Below, one piece after another: positions 11,288 through 22,151 of a stretch of DNA of 64,000 bases. The stretch is from an uncultured Gemmataceae bacterium. GTDB taxonomy: Bacteria; Planctomycetota; Planctomycetia; Gemmatales; Gemmataceae. The translations under genes were made by a program, and so were the position numbers. The notes below the pieces were generated by a model. It saw only the letters and a program-made list of their open reading frames with translations. It was not told where the DNA came from and ran no database searches. Position 1 is the first letter of the stretch; every line of letters begins with the position of its first letter. The DNA lies in assembly GCA_963750165.1 (NCBI GenBank), contig CAVVPN010000003.1, positions 2,912,001 to 2,976,000 on the forward strand. The letters run 5' to 3'.

Positions 11288-11700
11288 TCACGTCTTCTTG
11301 CGTGGACGCTCCATCTCCAGCACGAACGTCCCGGCTTTGAGCGTGTCGCCGCCCTGGTTCCAGGCGGCCGCGTTCGGCCAGACGATCAGCGTCAGCCGCC
11401 CGGCCTTCAGCGTGCATGTGCAGGGCAGCGTGTTTCCCTTGCCCTGCACGTCGAGGCGCCCGCGTTTGGCGTCGAGTACCGCCCTGCCCGTGGTCTCGGT
11501 CTCGCTCAGTGGCGTCTGAAGTGTGAAGTTACCGACCTCCAACTTCAGATGCCAGTGCGAGTCCTCGGCGGGATGTCCACCGTGCCCTTGGCCGTCAGGA
11601 GCTTTACGGCGACCCACGAGCCAGCCAGTTTTGCCCGCTCGTCCTAGCGGGCCTCCAGGACGCAGGGAAAGGCCGTTGCCATAACGACAGCCAGGTGGGT
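11288..11700 (-). pseudogene. Disrupted small secreted protein, possibly planctomycete TIGR03067-like
   Basis: One frame reads LAVVMATAFPCVLEAR*DERAKLAGSWVAVKL, then shifts into the frame ending LKAGRLTLIVW...TFVLEMERPRKKT; boundaries approximate. Confidence 0.35.
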
Positions 11701-12182
11701 GAAATGCCTGGGTTCGGTTCCTGGGGTAAAAAGAGAATGGGCCGGCGTGTCCGTCCGCGGCATCGCCCAGTCAGCGCAGCCGTTCGGCCGGCCCAGGGCA
11801 CAGGAGACCGCGTCGCCAGCCCGGCGTCAAGGTGCATGCCAGGCTGGGGGCCGCGGGCCACAGCGAGATTTTCTTGGCGCCGGCGGGGCTGACACGATAC
11901 ACTCTTGGGAGTGTCGGCCCCGAGCCAACTCAGGAGCCAGAAAAAAGTACCATGCGGACATTTGCTGTACCAGTGCGGCCACGCCCTCCGAAGGGTGACA
12001 GAAACACGTCGATTTCCAGGGATCCGGCGCGTCTTCCTGGTAAGATTTTGGTAAGCCAGCTGGCCGTGTCAGCCCTGTTCTGCCCCAACGTGATCGGGAC
12101 GCAGATTAGCCTAAACTGAATAACGGAAAAGGGTTTCCAACGCGGAAGCCATGCGGCCTGAGTGTGGCTGAAATGTGCTTTT

Positions 12183-12240
12183 GCCGGACTCAAAATCCGG
12201 TCTCCGCAAGGGGGTGTGGGTTCGAGTCCCACCTTCGGCA
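12183..12240 (+). mobile_element. 3' fragment of tRNA-Leu(CAA); probable att site at the right end of an integrated island
   Basis: GCCGGACTCAAAATCCGG (anticodon arm, CAA), long variable arm, GTGGGTTCGAGTCCCAC (T arm), CTTCGGCA. The matching 5' acceptor strand (GCCGAAG) and D arm are absent upstream. Confidence 0.8.
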
Positions 12241-12312
12241 GTCAGGTGCTGCGGTGCTGCTCAGGACACGTCAGCAACCTTCCAGTTTCCTTCCAAAATC
12301 CTGGCAGAAAGA

Positions 12313-12378
12313 GGCGAGCGGCGCGGCGTCAGCCCGCCGGTTCTTCCCAGTACCGGCGCTGACGCCGCGCCGCTCGCC
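12313..12378. repeat. REP-like palindrome, family A copy 1
   Basis: GGCGAGCGGCGCGGCGTCAGC...GCTGACGCCGCGCCGCTCGCC. Confidence 0.85.
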
Positions 12379-12396
12379 TTTTCAGGAGTTTCGTGC

Positions 12397-12954
12397 ATGG
12401 CCGTGCCCCCCGTCCGCAAACCCACCCGCCAGGAGATCGCCGCGGCGCACGGCCGGACGCTGCCGGACCTGATCGGCCCAGGGCTGAAAGTGCTGTTCTG
12501 CGGCATCAACCCGAGCCTGTATTCCGCCTGTGTGCGGCATCATTTCGCGCGACCGGGCAACCGCTTCTGGCCGGCGCTGGCCGCCGCCGGCTTCACCGAT
12601 CGACTGCTACACCCGTCCCAGCAGGGGGAGTTGCTGCAGCGCGGCTACGGCCTGACGAACCTGGCGGGCCGGGCGACGGCGCAGGCGGCGGAGCTGACAG
12701 CCGCGGAGTTGGTCGCCGGCGCGGCACGGCTGGCGAAGAAGGTCCGGCGCTATCGGCCGGCGTTCGTGGCGTTCCTGGGCGTGAGCGCCTACCGCACGGC
12801 CTTCGACCGCCAGCGGGCGCGGCTGGGGTTGCAGGCCGAGCCGCTGGTCGGCGCGGGCGTGTGGGTGCTGCCGAGCCCGAGCGGGCTGAACGCGCACTAT
12901 CAGCTGGCGGACCTGGCCCGGCTGTACCGCGAACTGCGCGAGGCGGCGGCCTGA
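12397..12954 (+). CDS. mug: G/U mismatch-specific uracil-DNA glycosylase
   Basis: LPDLIGPGLKVLFCGINPSLYS, HHFARPGNRFW, GLTNL, VLPSPSGLN. Confidence 0.93.
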   Translation: MAVPPVRKPTRQEIAAAHGRTLPDLIGPGLKVLFCGINPSLYSACVRHHFARPGNRFWPALAAAGFTDRLLHPSQQGELLQRGYGLTNLAGRATAQAAELTAAELVAGAARLAKKVRRYRPAFVAFLGVSAYRTAFDRQRARLGLQAEPLVGAGVWVLPSPSGLNAHYQLADLARLYRELREAAA

Positions 12955-12966
12955 GGGAGGCGATTC

Positions 12967-13878
12967 ATGAAAGTCGGCTTACTGGTGGGTCGAGAATGGT
13001 CCTTCCCGCCCGCGTTCCTGGAGGAGGTCAACCGCCGCGGTGCTGGCGTCACCGCCGAGCACGCCCGCCTCGGCGGCACGCGCATGGACGAACCAGTGCC
13101 CTACACCGTCCTTCTCGACCGCATTTCGCATGAGGTGCCCTACTACCGCAGTTATCTCAAGTATGCCGTCCTCCAGGGCGTCATGGTCGTCAACAACCCG
13201 TTCATGTGGACGGCGGACGACAAGTTCTTCGAGGCGGCCCTGGCGACGAAGCTCGGCGTCGCGCACCCGAAGACTGTCGTGCTGCCGAACAAGGATTACG
13301 TGCCCGGCATCGTGCCGACCGAGAAGCTGCGCAACCTCGTCTATCCGCTCGACTGGCAGGACATCGTCGATCACGTCGGCCTGCCGTGCGTGCTCAAGGA
13401 CGCGCACGGCGGCGGCTGGCGCAACGTCTCGGTCTGCCAGTCGCTGGACGAGTTGATCCACCATTACAACCAGTCGGGCCTGTTGACGATGGTGGTGCAG
13501 GAGTTCATCCGCTGGGAGCACTACGTGCGCTGTCTGGTGCTGGGCCGGCAGGATGTGCTGCCGATGAAGTACGACCCGCATCGCCGTCGCTACCTGCCGC
13601 CGGACGACGTGCCGGCCGCGGTGCTGCAGCGCATCGTCCGCGACTCGCTGACGCTGGTGCGCGCCCTCGGCTACGACATGGATTCGGTGGAGTGGGCGGT
13701 GCGCGGTGGTGTGCCCTACATCATCGACTTCATGAACCCGGCGCCGGACATGGATGTCAATGCGCTGACGAAGCCGTACTTCGACTGGGCGGTGACGCAC
13801 ATGGCAGATTTGGCCATTCGACTGGCGCAGGAGCCGCGGCCGCCGGTGCGCGAGCTGCGCTGGGCGACGTTGTTCTAA
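12967..13878 (+). CDS. RimK/glutathione-synthase-like ATP-grasp protein
   Basis: VVNNPF..ADDKF, PKTVVLP, GLPCVLKDAHGGGW, VVQEFI, YIIDFMNPAPD. Confidence 0.8.
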   Translation: MKVGLLVGREWSFPPAFLEEVNRRGAGVTAEHARLGGTRMDEPVPYTVLLDRISHEVPYYRSYLKYAVLQGVMVVNNPFMWTADDKFFEAALATKLGVAHPKTVVLPNKDYVPGIVPTEKLRNLVYPLDWQDIVDHVGLPCVLKDAHGGGWRNVSVCQSLDELIHHYNQSGLLTMVVQEFIRWEHYVRCLVLGRQDVLPMKYDPHRRRYLPPDDVPAAVLQRIVRDSLTLVRALGYDMDSVEWAVRGGVPYIIDFMNPAPDMDVNALTKPYFDWAVTHMADLAIRLAQEPRPPVRELRWATLF

Positions 13879-13882
13879 CACT

Positions 13883-13950
13883 CTGAACGTGGGGCAGACA
13901 TTCCTGTCGGCCGGTCCCTTGGCAGACAGGAATGTCTGCCCCACGTTCAG
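13883..13950. repeat. REP-like palindrome, family B, between convergent genes
   Basis: CTGAACGTGGGGCAGACATTCCTGTC...GACAGGAATGTCTGCCCCACGTTCAG. Confidence 0.85.
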
Positions 13951-13983
13951 ACCGCCAAGCTGCCAGCGGCAGAAAGACCGGGA

Positions 13984-15624
<1,641 letters not shown>

Positions 15625-15660
15625 TTAACTGGTCCTTGTGGGGTAATTTCGGTTTTGCTT

Positions 15661-15690
15661 CGTGGGACAGACAGGAATGTCTGCCCCACG
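15661..15690. repeat. Short family B palindrome between groES and groEL
   Basis: CGTGGGACAGACAGGAATGTCTGCCCCACG. Confidence 0.75.
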
Positions 15691-15693
15691 GAA

Positions 15694-15996
15694 TTACTCG
15701 TCAATGACCGCGAGCACATCTTCCTCGCGCATCAGCACGACGCCCTCGTCGGTGCTGGTCGCGCGGGAGCGGAACTCGTCGCCGGCCCAGATGGTGAACA
15801 GCACCTTGTCGCCGGCCTTGACCTGCAGCGGCCGTCGCGTGCCGTCCTTGAGCAGCCGGCCAGGGCCGACCGCCACGATGGTGCCGCGCTGCGGCTTGTT
15901 CTTCGCGGTGTCCGGCAACACAATGCCGCCCGCCGTCTTGTCTTCCGCGGCCTGGCGGCGCACCACAATCCGATCACCCAGGGGTTTTACCGTCAC
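15694..15996 (-). CDS. groS: Co-chaperonin GroES
   Basis: KPLGDRIVV, TAGGIVLPDTAK, VAVGPG, VKAGDKVLF, MREEDVLAVI. Confidence 0.97.
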   Translation of the reverse strand: MTVKPLGDRIVVRRQAAEDKTAGGIVLPDTAKNKPQRGTIVAVGPGRLLKDGTRRPLQVKAGDKVLFTIWAGDEFRSRATSTDEGVVLMREEDVLAVIDE

Positions 15997-16048
15997 GATT
16001 CATCCTCCGTGTGCTCAGCGCTCGGGAAAATAGTTTCAACTACCCCAA

Positions 16049-16064
16049 AGCAAGTCTCATGCCC
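16049..16064 (-). promoter_or_regulatory. Putative sigma54 (-24/-12) promoter of groESL
   Basis: GGGCATGAGACTTGCT fits TGGCACG-N4-TTGCW with correct GG-N10-GC spacing, about 50 nt upstream of groES. Confidence 0.65.
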
Positions 16065-16263
16065 GAAGGAATGAAGCGCTGCAAGTGCTTGATTGGTTGA
16101 CGGTTGCGAGAAATCGCTGGAAGGGATCGCGGCAGGGCTCCTGCCAAGTTGTCCGGAGGAACGGCCGGCATCTGTCGGAATGGCAGTCCGAAGAGTCCAA
16201 GCCCGAGCGCCAGCGCGGGGCCTCGCGCTGGCGCTCGGACGGCAGACGTGATTCGCAAAAAAG

Positions 16264-16329
16264 GTCAGGCCGTGGCCAGTGTGGCAGGGCGTCCTCTCTA
16301 ACGCCCTGCCGCGCTGGCCACAGCCTGAC
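16264..16329. terminator. Long hairpin downstream of csrA
   Basis: GTCAGGCCGTGGCCAGTGTGGCAGGGCGT...ACGCCCTGCCGCGCTGGCCACAGCCTGAC, followed on the minus strand by a T run. Confidence 0.7.
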
Positions 16330-16355
16330 TGCGGTCTATCATCAGCCGATCGCGG

Positions 16356-16556
16356 TCACTGGTTCACGATCGTCGGCGCATCCGCCTTGGGGGGCTGATT
16401 GCCCTGAAGCGGCAACAGCTCCTGGCGGAAGATGGGCACATTCCGCGGGGCCTCGATCCCCAACCGAATCTTGCCGCGATCGATGTCCACGACCGTGATG
16501 CAGATGTTCTCGCTGATGTAGATCTTCTCTCCGAGTTTGCGACTCAATACCAGCAT
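16356..16556 (-). CDS. csrA: Carbon storage regulator CsrA
   Basis: MLVLSRKLGEKIYI...ITVVDIDRGKIRLGIEAPRNVPIFRQEL. Confidence 0.95.
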   Translation of the reverse strand: MLVLSRKLGEKIYISENICITVVDIDRGKIRLGIEAPRNVPIFRQELLPLQGNQPPKADAPTIVNQ

Positions 16557-16880
16557 AGCGCTACCCTCCGTTGAGCGTGGCTTGGTTGGCGTGCATCGAA
16601 TTCTACGCCATGAAAGTCTTCGACAAGGGCAAGGTCAGCCCAATTTCCTTCAGGTTCCCCACCCCCGACCTGCGCACATCCGGCACGCGCCGCGCAGGCG
16701 CCACGCCTTGCGCCTGCGGCAGGCTTTCAACTCCCGGAGGGTCATCGAGTTATGTACGGAAACTCAGATGATCTGACCGGCGGGGTGGGGCACTTATCCT
16801 ATTAGACTACGGCCGGGCGGCAATGGTTCCGTATTGCGCGATTTTTTGACCAAGACACTCGGGTTTTGGACAGCGGGCTG

Positions 16881-17891
16881 TCACTGCGGAGCGGTGGGGC
16901 GGAGCGCCAGGCCGGCCAGGAAGTTCCAGACCACCGCCGCCGCCCAGCGGACACTTTGGTGGTCGCGGTCGTACCGCGGGTTGATTTCCACCAACTCGAA
17001 ACTCCGCACGCACCGCTCACGCCCCGCGAGGTATGCGCACCACGTCACCCTCGTCCCGTCCAACCCCAGGGCGTTCGGAGCGCTCACCCCGGGCACATCG
17101 CGCGCGTGTACCACGTCGGCGTCCAGGGTGACACACACCTGGCAGCCCGCTGCCTGTAGCCGCTGCACTGCCAACGTGAACCGTTCCATCAGGAAGAATT
17201 CGCGAGCCAGTTCCGCCCAGCACACCACACCGCCGCGCTGTTCCAACCATTGCAGGTGTTGCCGGCTGACACTGTGAGGCTGGGCTCCCAGGCAAACGTA
17301 ATGCTCCCCGGGCAGGGGATGGGTGGGATGCTCCAGGGCTTGCCGAAACGGCGTCCCGCTATGCCCCTGGCCTTCCATCAGGGGCCGCACGTCCAGGTGG
17401 GCATCCAGATTGATGATGCCGGCCTGGAGGCCAGCCGTGACGTAGCCGAGGTAATGCCCGTAGGCCGTTTCGTGCCCGCCTCCCAGCACGACCGGGACCG
17501 CCCCGGCACTCAAAACCTGACCGACGACCTCCCCGAGCCGCGATTGTGTCGCCTCCAGGTCGGCATCACAGTGAACGTTGCCCGCGTCCAGCAGCGACGG
17601 CAATTCAACTCCCCAGCGGCCGTCCCACGGCGTCAACCGCCGTAACTGCTGCCGGATCGCGTCCGGCGCCGCCGCCGCCCCGACGCGGCCGCCGTTACGG
17701 CGCACGCCCTCGTCCTGCGGGAAGCCGACCAGCACCGGCCGTCCCGGATGCAACGCCGCCGGGTCGCCGTCCCACGTCTCAATGACCTCGCCCAGCCGCG
17801 GATCATCCGGGCGGCGCGGCAGCGCTTCCGGTGGAGGTGGCGGCTCAAGCAGCCCAAACCACGCGGCCTTTTTTGACGACGCGCCCGACAT
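16881..17891 (-). CDS. hutG: Formimidoylglutamase (arginase family)
   Basis: DEGVRRNGGRVGAAAAPDAIR, LGGGHETAYGH, NLDAHLDVR, HSGTPFRQ, TLDADV, PGVSAP, VEINP. Confidence 0.92.
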   Translation of the reverse strand: MSGASSKKAAWFGLLEPPPPPEALPRRPDDPRLGEVIETWDGDPAALHPGRPVLVGFPQDEGVRRNGGRVGAAAAPDAIRQQLRRLTPWDGRWGVELPSLLDAGNVHCDADLEATQSRLGEVVGQVLSAGAVPVVLGGGHETAYGHYLGYVTAGLQAGIINLDAHLDVRPLMEGQGHSGTPFRQALEHPTHPLPGEHYVCLGAQPHSVSRQHLQWLEQRGGVVCWAELAREFFLMERFTLAVQRLQAAGCQVCVTLDADVVHARDVPGVSAPNALGLDGTRVTWCAYLAGRERCVRSFELVEINPRYDRDHQSVRWAAAVVWNFLAGLALRPTAPQ

Positions 17892-19086
17892 GATTGACCC
17901 CGTAGTGGTAGAACAGCCGCCGGTAATCCGGCACGTCCGCGATGAGCAAATCCGCCTGCTTGCCCGGCGCCAGCGAGCCGACGCGCTGCGACCGCCGCAG
18001 CGCCGCCGCCGCGTTCAGCGTCAGCGCCGCCAGCGCCTCGGCCGGTAGCATCTTCATCTGTGCGCAGGCCATCGTGCCGATCAGCGGCAGGTTTTCGGTC
18101 GGGTCCGTGCCCGGGTTGCAGTCGCTGGCCAGCGCCACCGCGGCGCCGCCGTCGATCAGCCGCCGCGCTGGCGCGTACGGCAGTCCCAGGAAAAACGCCG
18201 TCCCCGGCAACAGCGTCGCCACCGTTTCCGACTGCGCCAGTGCCTCGACACCCGCGTCCGTCACGCACAGCAGATGATCCGCCGACGCCGCTCCCAATCG
18301 CACCGCCAGTTCCGCTCCGCCCAGCGGCGTCAGCTCGTCGGCGTGGACTTTCAGGCCCAGCCCCAGCGCCGCCGCCCGCCGCAGCAGTGCGTCGGACTCC
18401 GCGACACTGAAAACGCCCGTCTCGCAAAACACGTCGCAGAACTCGGCCAGCCCGCAGCGCACCACCTCCGGCAGCATGACATCGGTCACCAGACGCAGGT
18501 AGTCGGCGCGGTCGTGTGCAAATTCTGGCGGCACCGCATGCGCACCCAGGAACGTCGGCACCAGCTCCCACGGCCCCTCGGCGTTCAGGTCCGCAATCGC
18601 TTCCAGACACTTCACCTCGTCGGCCGGGCTGAGGCCGTAACCGCTCTTGACCTCAACGGTGGTGACGCCGAAGTGCAGCAACCGTTGCAACCGCGGCCGG
18701 GCCAGGTCGCGCAGCTGTTCGCGCGACGCCTGCCGCACGCGCCGCACCGTGGCGTTGATGCCGCCGCCCGCCGCCGCGATCTGTTGATACGTCGCCCCCT
18801 GCAAGCGGCGCTCGAACTCGTCCTCCCGGCTGCCGGCGAACAGCAGATGCGTGTGACTGTCCACGAAGCCCGGCAGCACCGTCTTGCCAGTCGCGTCGAT
18901 CGCGTTCGCGTCCGGCGGCAGCGGCGGCAGGTCGCGTGTCGGCCCCACCCATTCAATGGTGTCGCCGCGCACCACGACGGCGCCATCCGCAATGACGACG
19001 GGTTCGTGCAGGGCAGCGCCGCGCTTGACGTGCTCGCCTGGCTGGCCGACACAGGCCACCTGGGCAGCGTTGCGGATGACGAGCAT
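17845..19086 (-). CDS. hutI: Imidazolonepropionase
   Basis: PGFVDSHTHLLFAGSREDEF, GVTTVEVKSGYGL, TFLGAHAVP, DVFCE, KVHADEL, ASDCNPG. Confidence 0.96.
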   Translation of the reverse strand: MLVIRNAAQVACVGQPGEHVKRGAALHEPVVIADGAVVVRGDTIEWVGPTRDLPPLPPDANAIDATGKTVLPGFVDSHTHLLFAGSREDEFERRLQGATYQQIAAAGGGINATVRRVRQASREQLRDLARPRLQRLLHFGVTTVEVKSGYGLSPADEVKCLEAIADLNAEGPWELVPTFLGAHAVPPEFAHDRADYLRLVTDVMLPEVVRCGLAEFCDVFCETGVFSVAESDALLRRAAALGLGLKVHADELTPLGGAELAVRLGAASADHLLCVTDAGVEALAQSETVATLLPGTAFFLGLPYAPARRLIDGGAAVALASDCNPGTDPTENLPLIGTMACAQMKMLPAEALAALTLNAAAALRRSQRVGSLAPGKQADLLIADVPDYRRLFYHYGVNHVGRVVKKGRVVWAA

Positions 19087-19240
19087 GATGACTCCGAGTT
19101 TGCCGGTTGTAGGGCGCAAACGGTGCGCTAATTCAATCCGACCCGTGTGTGCGTGCTCCCCAGAACCGTTACAATGAGAGCGCAAGTTTGTCCAGCGGCC
19201 GCGTTCCCAGGCGGAAGCCCCACCTACTGCAGGAGAAGCC

Positions 19241-19807
19241 ATGCACCGTTCCCTGACTGCCGCCGTCGCCGTGGCCGTGCTGGCCGCCGGCGCATCCCGG
19301 GCCCACGCCCAGCAATTTTACCAGCCCGCCCCGATGTATCAGCCGGCGCCGGTGGTCGTGCAGTCGCCGCAGTTGCAGCTGGTGGGCGCCTGGTACATTC
19401 GCTACCTCGGCCGCGGCATGGACCCGGGGGCCATTGCTTGGGTGCGGCAGCTGGAGTGCGGCAAGCCGGCGCCGCTGGTGCTGTCGCATATCCTCGGCAG
19501 TCCGGAGTATTTCCAGAAGACCGGCTGCAACCCGGTTGGCTTCGTCGCCAGCCTGTACGCCGACGTGCTCAGCCGGCCCGCGGCGCCGCAGGAAATCCAG
19601 AGCTGGCTCGTCCGCCTCGGGGTGTGCCGGCAGAATCGACAGCGCCTCGCCCTGGAATTCTTGCAGGCCGCCAGCATCGAGTTGACCAGCACCCTGCCGC
19701 AGGCGCCCGCCCTGTTGCCGCCGCCGATGCCGCAGCAGCCGTTGCAGCAACCGCCACCGCCGCAACCGTTCAACCCCACCGGTGGCGTGCGCCTCATCAA
19801 GGCGTAA
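19241..19807 (+). CDS. Secreted hypothetical protein (DUF4214-like helical repeat, Pro/Gln-rich tail)
   Basis: Signal peptide; WYIRYLGRGMDP, ILGSPEYF, FVASLYADVLSRP; AGGAG ribosome-binding site. Confidence 0.7.
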   Translation: MHRSLTAAVAVAVLAAGASRAHAQQFYQPAPMYQPAPVVVQSPQLQLVGAWYIRYLGRGMDPGAIAWVRQLECGKPAPLVLSHILGSPEYFQKTGCNPVGFVASLYADVLSRPAAPQEIQSWLVRLGVCRQNRQRLALEFLQAASIELTSTLPQAPALLPPPMPQQPLQQPPPPQPFNPTGGVRLIKA

Positions 19808-19815
19808 CTTGCCCG

Positions 19816-19887
19816 GCGAGCGGGGTCGCGTCAGCGCCCCGTGTCTGCATCCGCTCGGACACGGGGCGCTGACGCGACCCCGCTCGC
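19816..19887. repeat. REP-like palindrome, family A divergent copy
   Basis: GCGAGCGGGGTCGCGTCAGCGCCCCGTGTC...GACACGGGGCGCTGACGCGACCCCGCTCGC. Confidence 0.8.
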
Positions 19888-19956
19888 TTGCACTTCCGTA
19901 TAATGCTCCCCCGGACAATGACGCTCAATGTCTTCCGGTGAAAGGAGCTTACCGAT

Positions 19957-20823
19957 ATGTCGTGGCCCCGTCTTTTCCCCGTCCTGTGCCTGGCGCTGCT
20001 GCTGCTGGCCCCCGTGGAGCGGCCCAACGCTCAGGAAAAAACCACCGCGTCCGGCGACAAGAAGCCAGACGGCCCCGCCAGCGCCACGATCCGCGTGAAG
20101 TTGCCGGCCAAGGCCCGCCTGCTGTTCGACGACCACGAGACGCAGCAGACCGGCGGCGAACGCCTGTTCGAGACGCCGCCATTGGAGCCCGGCAAGACCT
20201 TTCAGTACACCCTCAAGGCGACCTGGAAGAGCGACCCCAAGCGCGAAGCCGACAACATCACGCGCATGGCGGTCGCCCGGGTGCGGGCGGGCAAGGAAAC
20301 CGTCGTGGACATGACGCAGGAGAGCCCGGATGCCACCTCCAGTCAGGTCATCTACTTGCCGACGCCGCAGAACGTCGTGGACAAGATGCTGGACATGGCT
20401 AAGGTCACGAAGGACGACATCGTGTACGACCTCGGATGCGGCGACGGTCGCATCGTCGTTACCGCCGCCAAAAAGTTCGGCGCGAAGGGCGTTGGCATCG
20501 ACATCGACCCGGAGCGCATCAAGGAATCGCTGGCGAACGTCAAGAAGGCCCAGGTCGAGAAGCTGGTGGAGATCCGCCAGGGCGACGCGCTCAAGGTGCC
20601 GGACCTCTCGAAGGCCACGGTGGTCACGCTGTACATGCTGCCGCAGTTCATGGAGAAGCTGAAGCCGATCCTGCTGAAAGAGCTGAAGCCGGGCACGCGC
20701 ATTGTGGCGCACGACTACCCGGTGCCGGGCTGGGAGCCGCGGGAGCGGGTCACGGTCGAGCGCAAGATCGGCTTTTATCCGCACACGCTGTACCTGTGGC
20801 ACGTCCCGGGCAAAAAAGAATAA
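19957..20823 (+). CDS. TIGR03000-domain protein fused to a class I SAM methyltransferase, with signal peptide
   Basis: ATIRVKLP..TQQTGGERLFETPPLEPGKTFQYTLKATW; YLPTPQNVVDKML, YDLGCGDGRIV, GVGIDIDP, LKPGTRIVAHDY. Confidence 0.85.
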   Translation: MSWPRLFPVLCLALLLLAPVERPNAQEKTTASGDKKPDGPASATIRVKLPAKARLLFDDHETQQTGGERLFETPPLEPGKTFQYTLKATWKSDPKREADNITRMAVARVRAGKETVVDMTQESPDATSSQVIYLPTPQNVVDKMLDMAKVTKDDIVYDLGCGDGRIVVTAAKKFGAKGVGIDIDPERIKESLANVKKAQVEKLVEIRQGDALKVPDLSKATVVTLYMLPQFMEKLKPILLKELKPGTRIVAHDYPVPGWEPRERVTVERKIGFYPHTLYLWHVPGKKE

Positions 20824-20913
20824 ATCCACAGATGACCCCGCGGAACGCAGATAAAGACAAATCAAACCAATTGGTTTTGTCTTTACCTGCGTTCCGCGGG
20901 ATCTTCTGTGGAT
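20824..20913. repeat. Long imperfect palindrome between convergent genes
   Basis: ATCCACAGATGACCCCGCGGAACGCAGATAAAGACAAA...TTTGTCTTTACCTGCGTTCCGCGGGATCTTCTGTGGAT. Confidence 0.75.
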
Positions 20914-20925
20914 CGAGCTTCTTGT

Positions 20926-21378
20926 TCACGCTCCCGCGATCCACTGCGCGTCTGCCGGGGTGTAGTTGACCAGTTCGTTCGGCTGGAACCACAGGCCGAT
21001 CTCCAGCGCCGCGTTCTCGGGGCTATCGCTGCCGTGGACGAGGTTGTTCTGCACGCTCAGCGCGTAGTCGCCGCGGATGGTCGCCGGCGGCGCCTTGGTG
21101 CCGTCGGTCGCGCCCATCAGCGTCCGCGCGACCGTGATCGCCTCGCGCCCTTCCCAGACCAGCGCCACCGTTGGGCCGCCCGTCAGGAACGTCAGCAGCG
21201 ACTCGTAAAACGGCTTGCCCTTGTGGACGGCGTAGTGTTTCTCGGCGAGTTCACGGCTGGCCTGCACCAGCTTGAGCGCCACCAGGCGCAGCCCCTTCTG
21301 CTCGAAGCGCTGCATGATGGCGCCGACCAGCCGCCGCTGCACCCCGTCTGGTTTAATCAGAATCAACGTCCGTTGCAT
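20926..21378 (-). CDS. ndk: Nucleoside-diphosphate kinase
   Basis: MQRTLILIKPDGVQRRLVG, HYAVHKGKPFY, TIRGDYA, NLVHGSDS. Confidence 0.98.
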   Translation of the reverse strand: MQRTLILIKPDGVQRRLVGAIMQRFEQKGLRLVALKLVQASRELAEKHYAVHKGKPFYESLLTFLTGGPTVALVWEGREAITVARTLMGATDGTKAPPATIRGDYALSVQNNLVHGSDSPENAALEIGLWFQPNELVNYTPADAQWIAGA

Positions 21379-21440
21379 GACGCGCCCCTCGTGATTGAAT
21401 GTCGCGGTTGCGGTGCATTGTACGAACTCCGCCCGCCCGG

Positions 21441-22139
21441 TCACACGCCGCGCGCCTGCGGATCCCAGATGTACTTGTGCAGCTGCAACTGCAATCGCGC
21501 ATGCAGCCCCGCCGCCAGCAGCCACGCCGCCAGCAGCGCCAGCGGCACTGCCCCGAACGCCGCGCTGAGCAGCACCGTGAAGCGCCGGTCCAGCTGGTGT
21601 TCGCGGATCGTCGCCACCGCCCAGTCGAAGTCGCGCCGAGAGGCGATGACGAACTTGACCTCGTCCGCCGGCTTCAGTGCCGCCAGGTTTTCGAAGCGGT
21701 TGCCGGCACACTCGCCGCTGTCGGGGCACTTCAAATCCATGATGATGTGGACGCGCCGATCAACCGGCGCCACGTCCAGGGCTCCGCTGGTCTCCAGCAG
21801 CACGGTCCGCCCCGCGTCAGCGAGGCGCGTCATGAGCGGCAATGCCTCCGGCTGCAACAGCGGTTCGCCGCCGGTGACCTCGACCAGGGGGCAGCGCTCG
21901 TTGAGCACGCGCGCCACCACAGCGTCGAGGGGCCACAGTTCGCCCTGCTTGAAGGCGTGCGGCGAGTCGCACCAGACGCAGCGCGAGTTGCAGACGGTCA
22001 GGCGCACGAAGACGCAGGGCAGGCCGGCGAAGGTGGATTCGCCCTGCACGCTCTGGTAAATCTCGTGGATCAGGAGCTGGCCCGGCGGTTTGCCCTGGAG
22101 CGGGGCGAGCCGGTGGGCCAGGGAAGGTACGGGTGTCAT
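21441..22139 (-). CDS. queE: 7-carboxy-7-deazaguanine synthase (radical SAM)
   Basis: EIYQSVQGEST, FVRLTVCNSRCVWCDS, VTGGEPLLQ, LETSG, DLKCPDSG, LQLHKYIW. Confidence 0.9.
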   Translation of the reverse strand: MTPVPSLAHRLAPLQGKPPGQLLIHEIYQSVQGESTFAGLPCVFVRLTVCNSRCVWCDSPHAFKQGELWPLDAVVARVLNERCPLVEVTGGEPLLQPEALPLMTRLADAGRTVLLETSGALDVAPVDRRVHIIMDLKCPDSGECAGNRFENLAALKPADEVKFVIASRRDFDWAVATIREHQLDRRFTVLLSAAFGAVPLALLAAWLLAAGLHARLQLQLHKYIWDPQARGV

Positions 22140-22151
22140 GCCATCATCATA

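Noticed and set aside
11930..12232. 100-aa ORF beginning MGLEPTPPCGDRILSP
   Set aside because: Typical antisense translation of a tRNA sequence.
12150..12240. Complete tRNA-Leu gene
   Set aside because: No 5' acceptor strand complementary to CTTCGGC and no D arm; called as a fragment only.
16881..19086. Incomplete histidine utilisation pathway (only hutI and hutG)
   Set aside because: hutH and hutU may lie elsewhere in the genome; this cannot be judged from one window.
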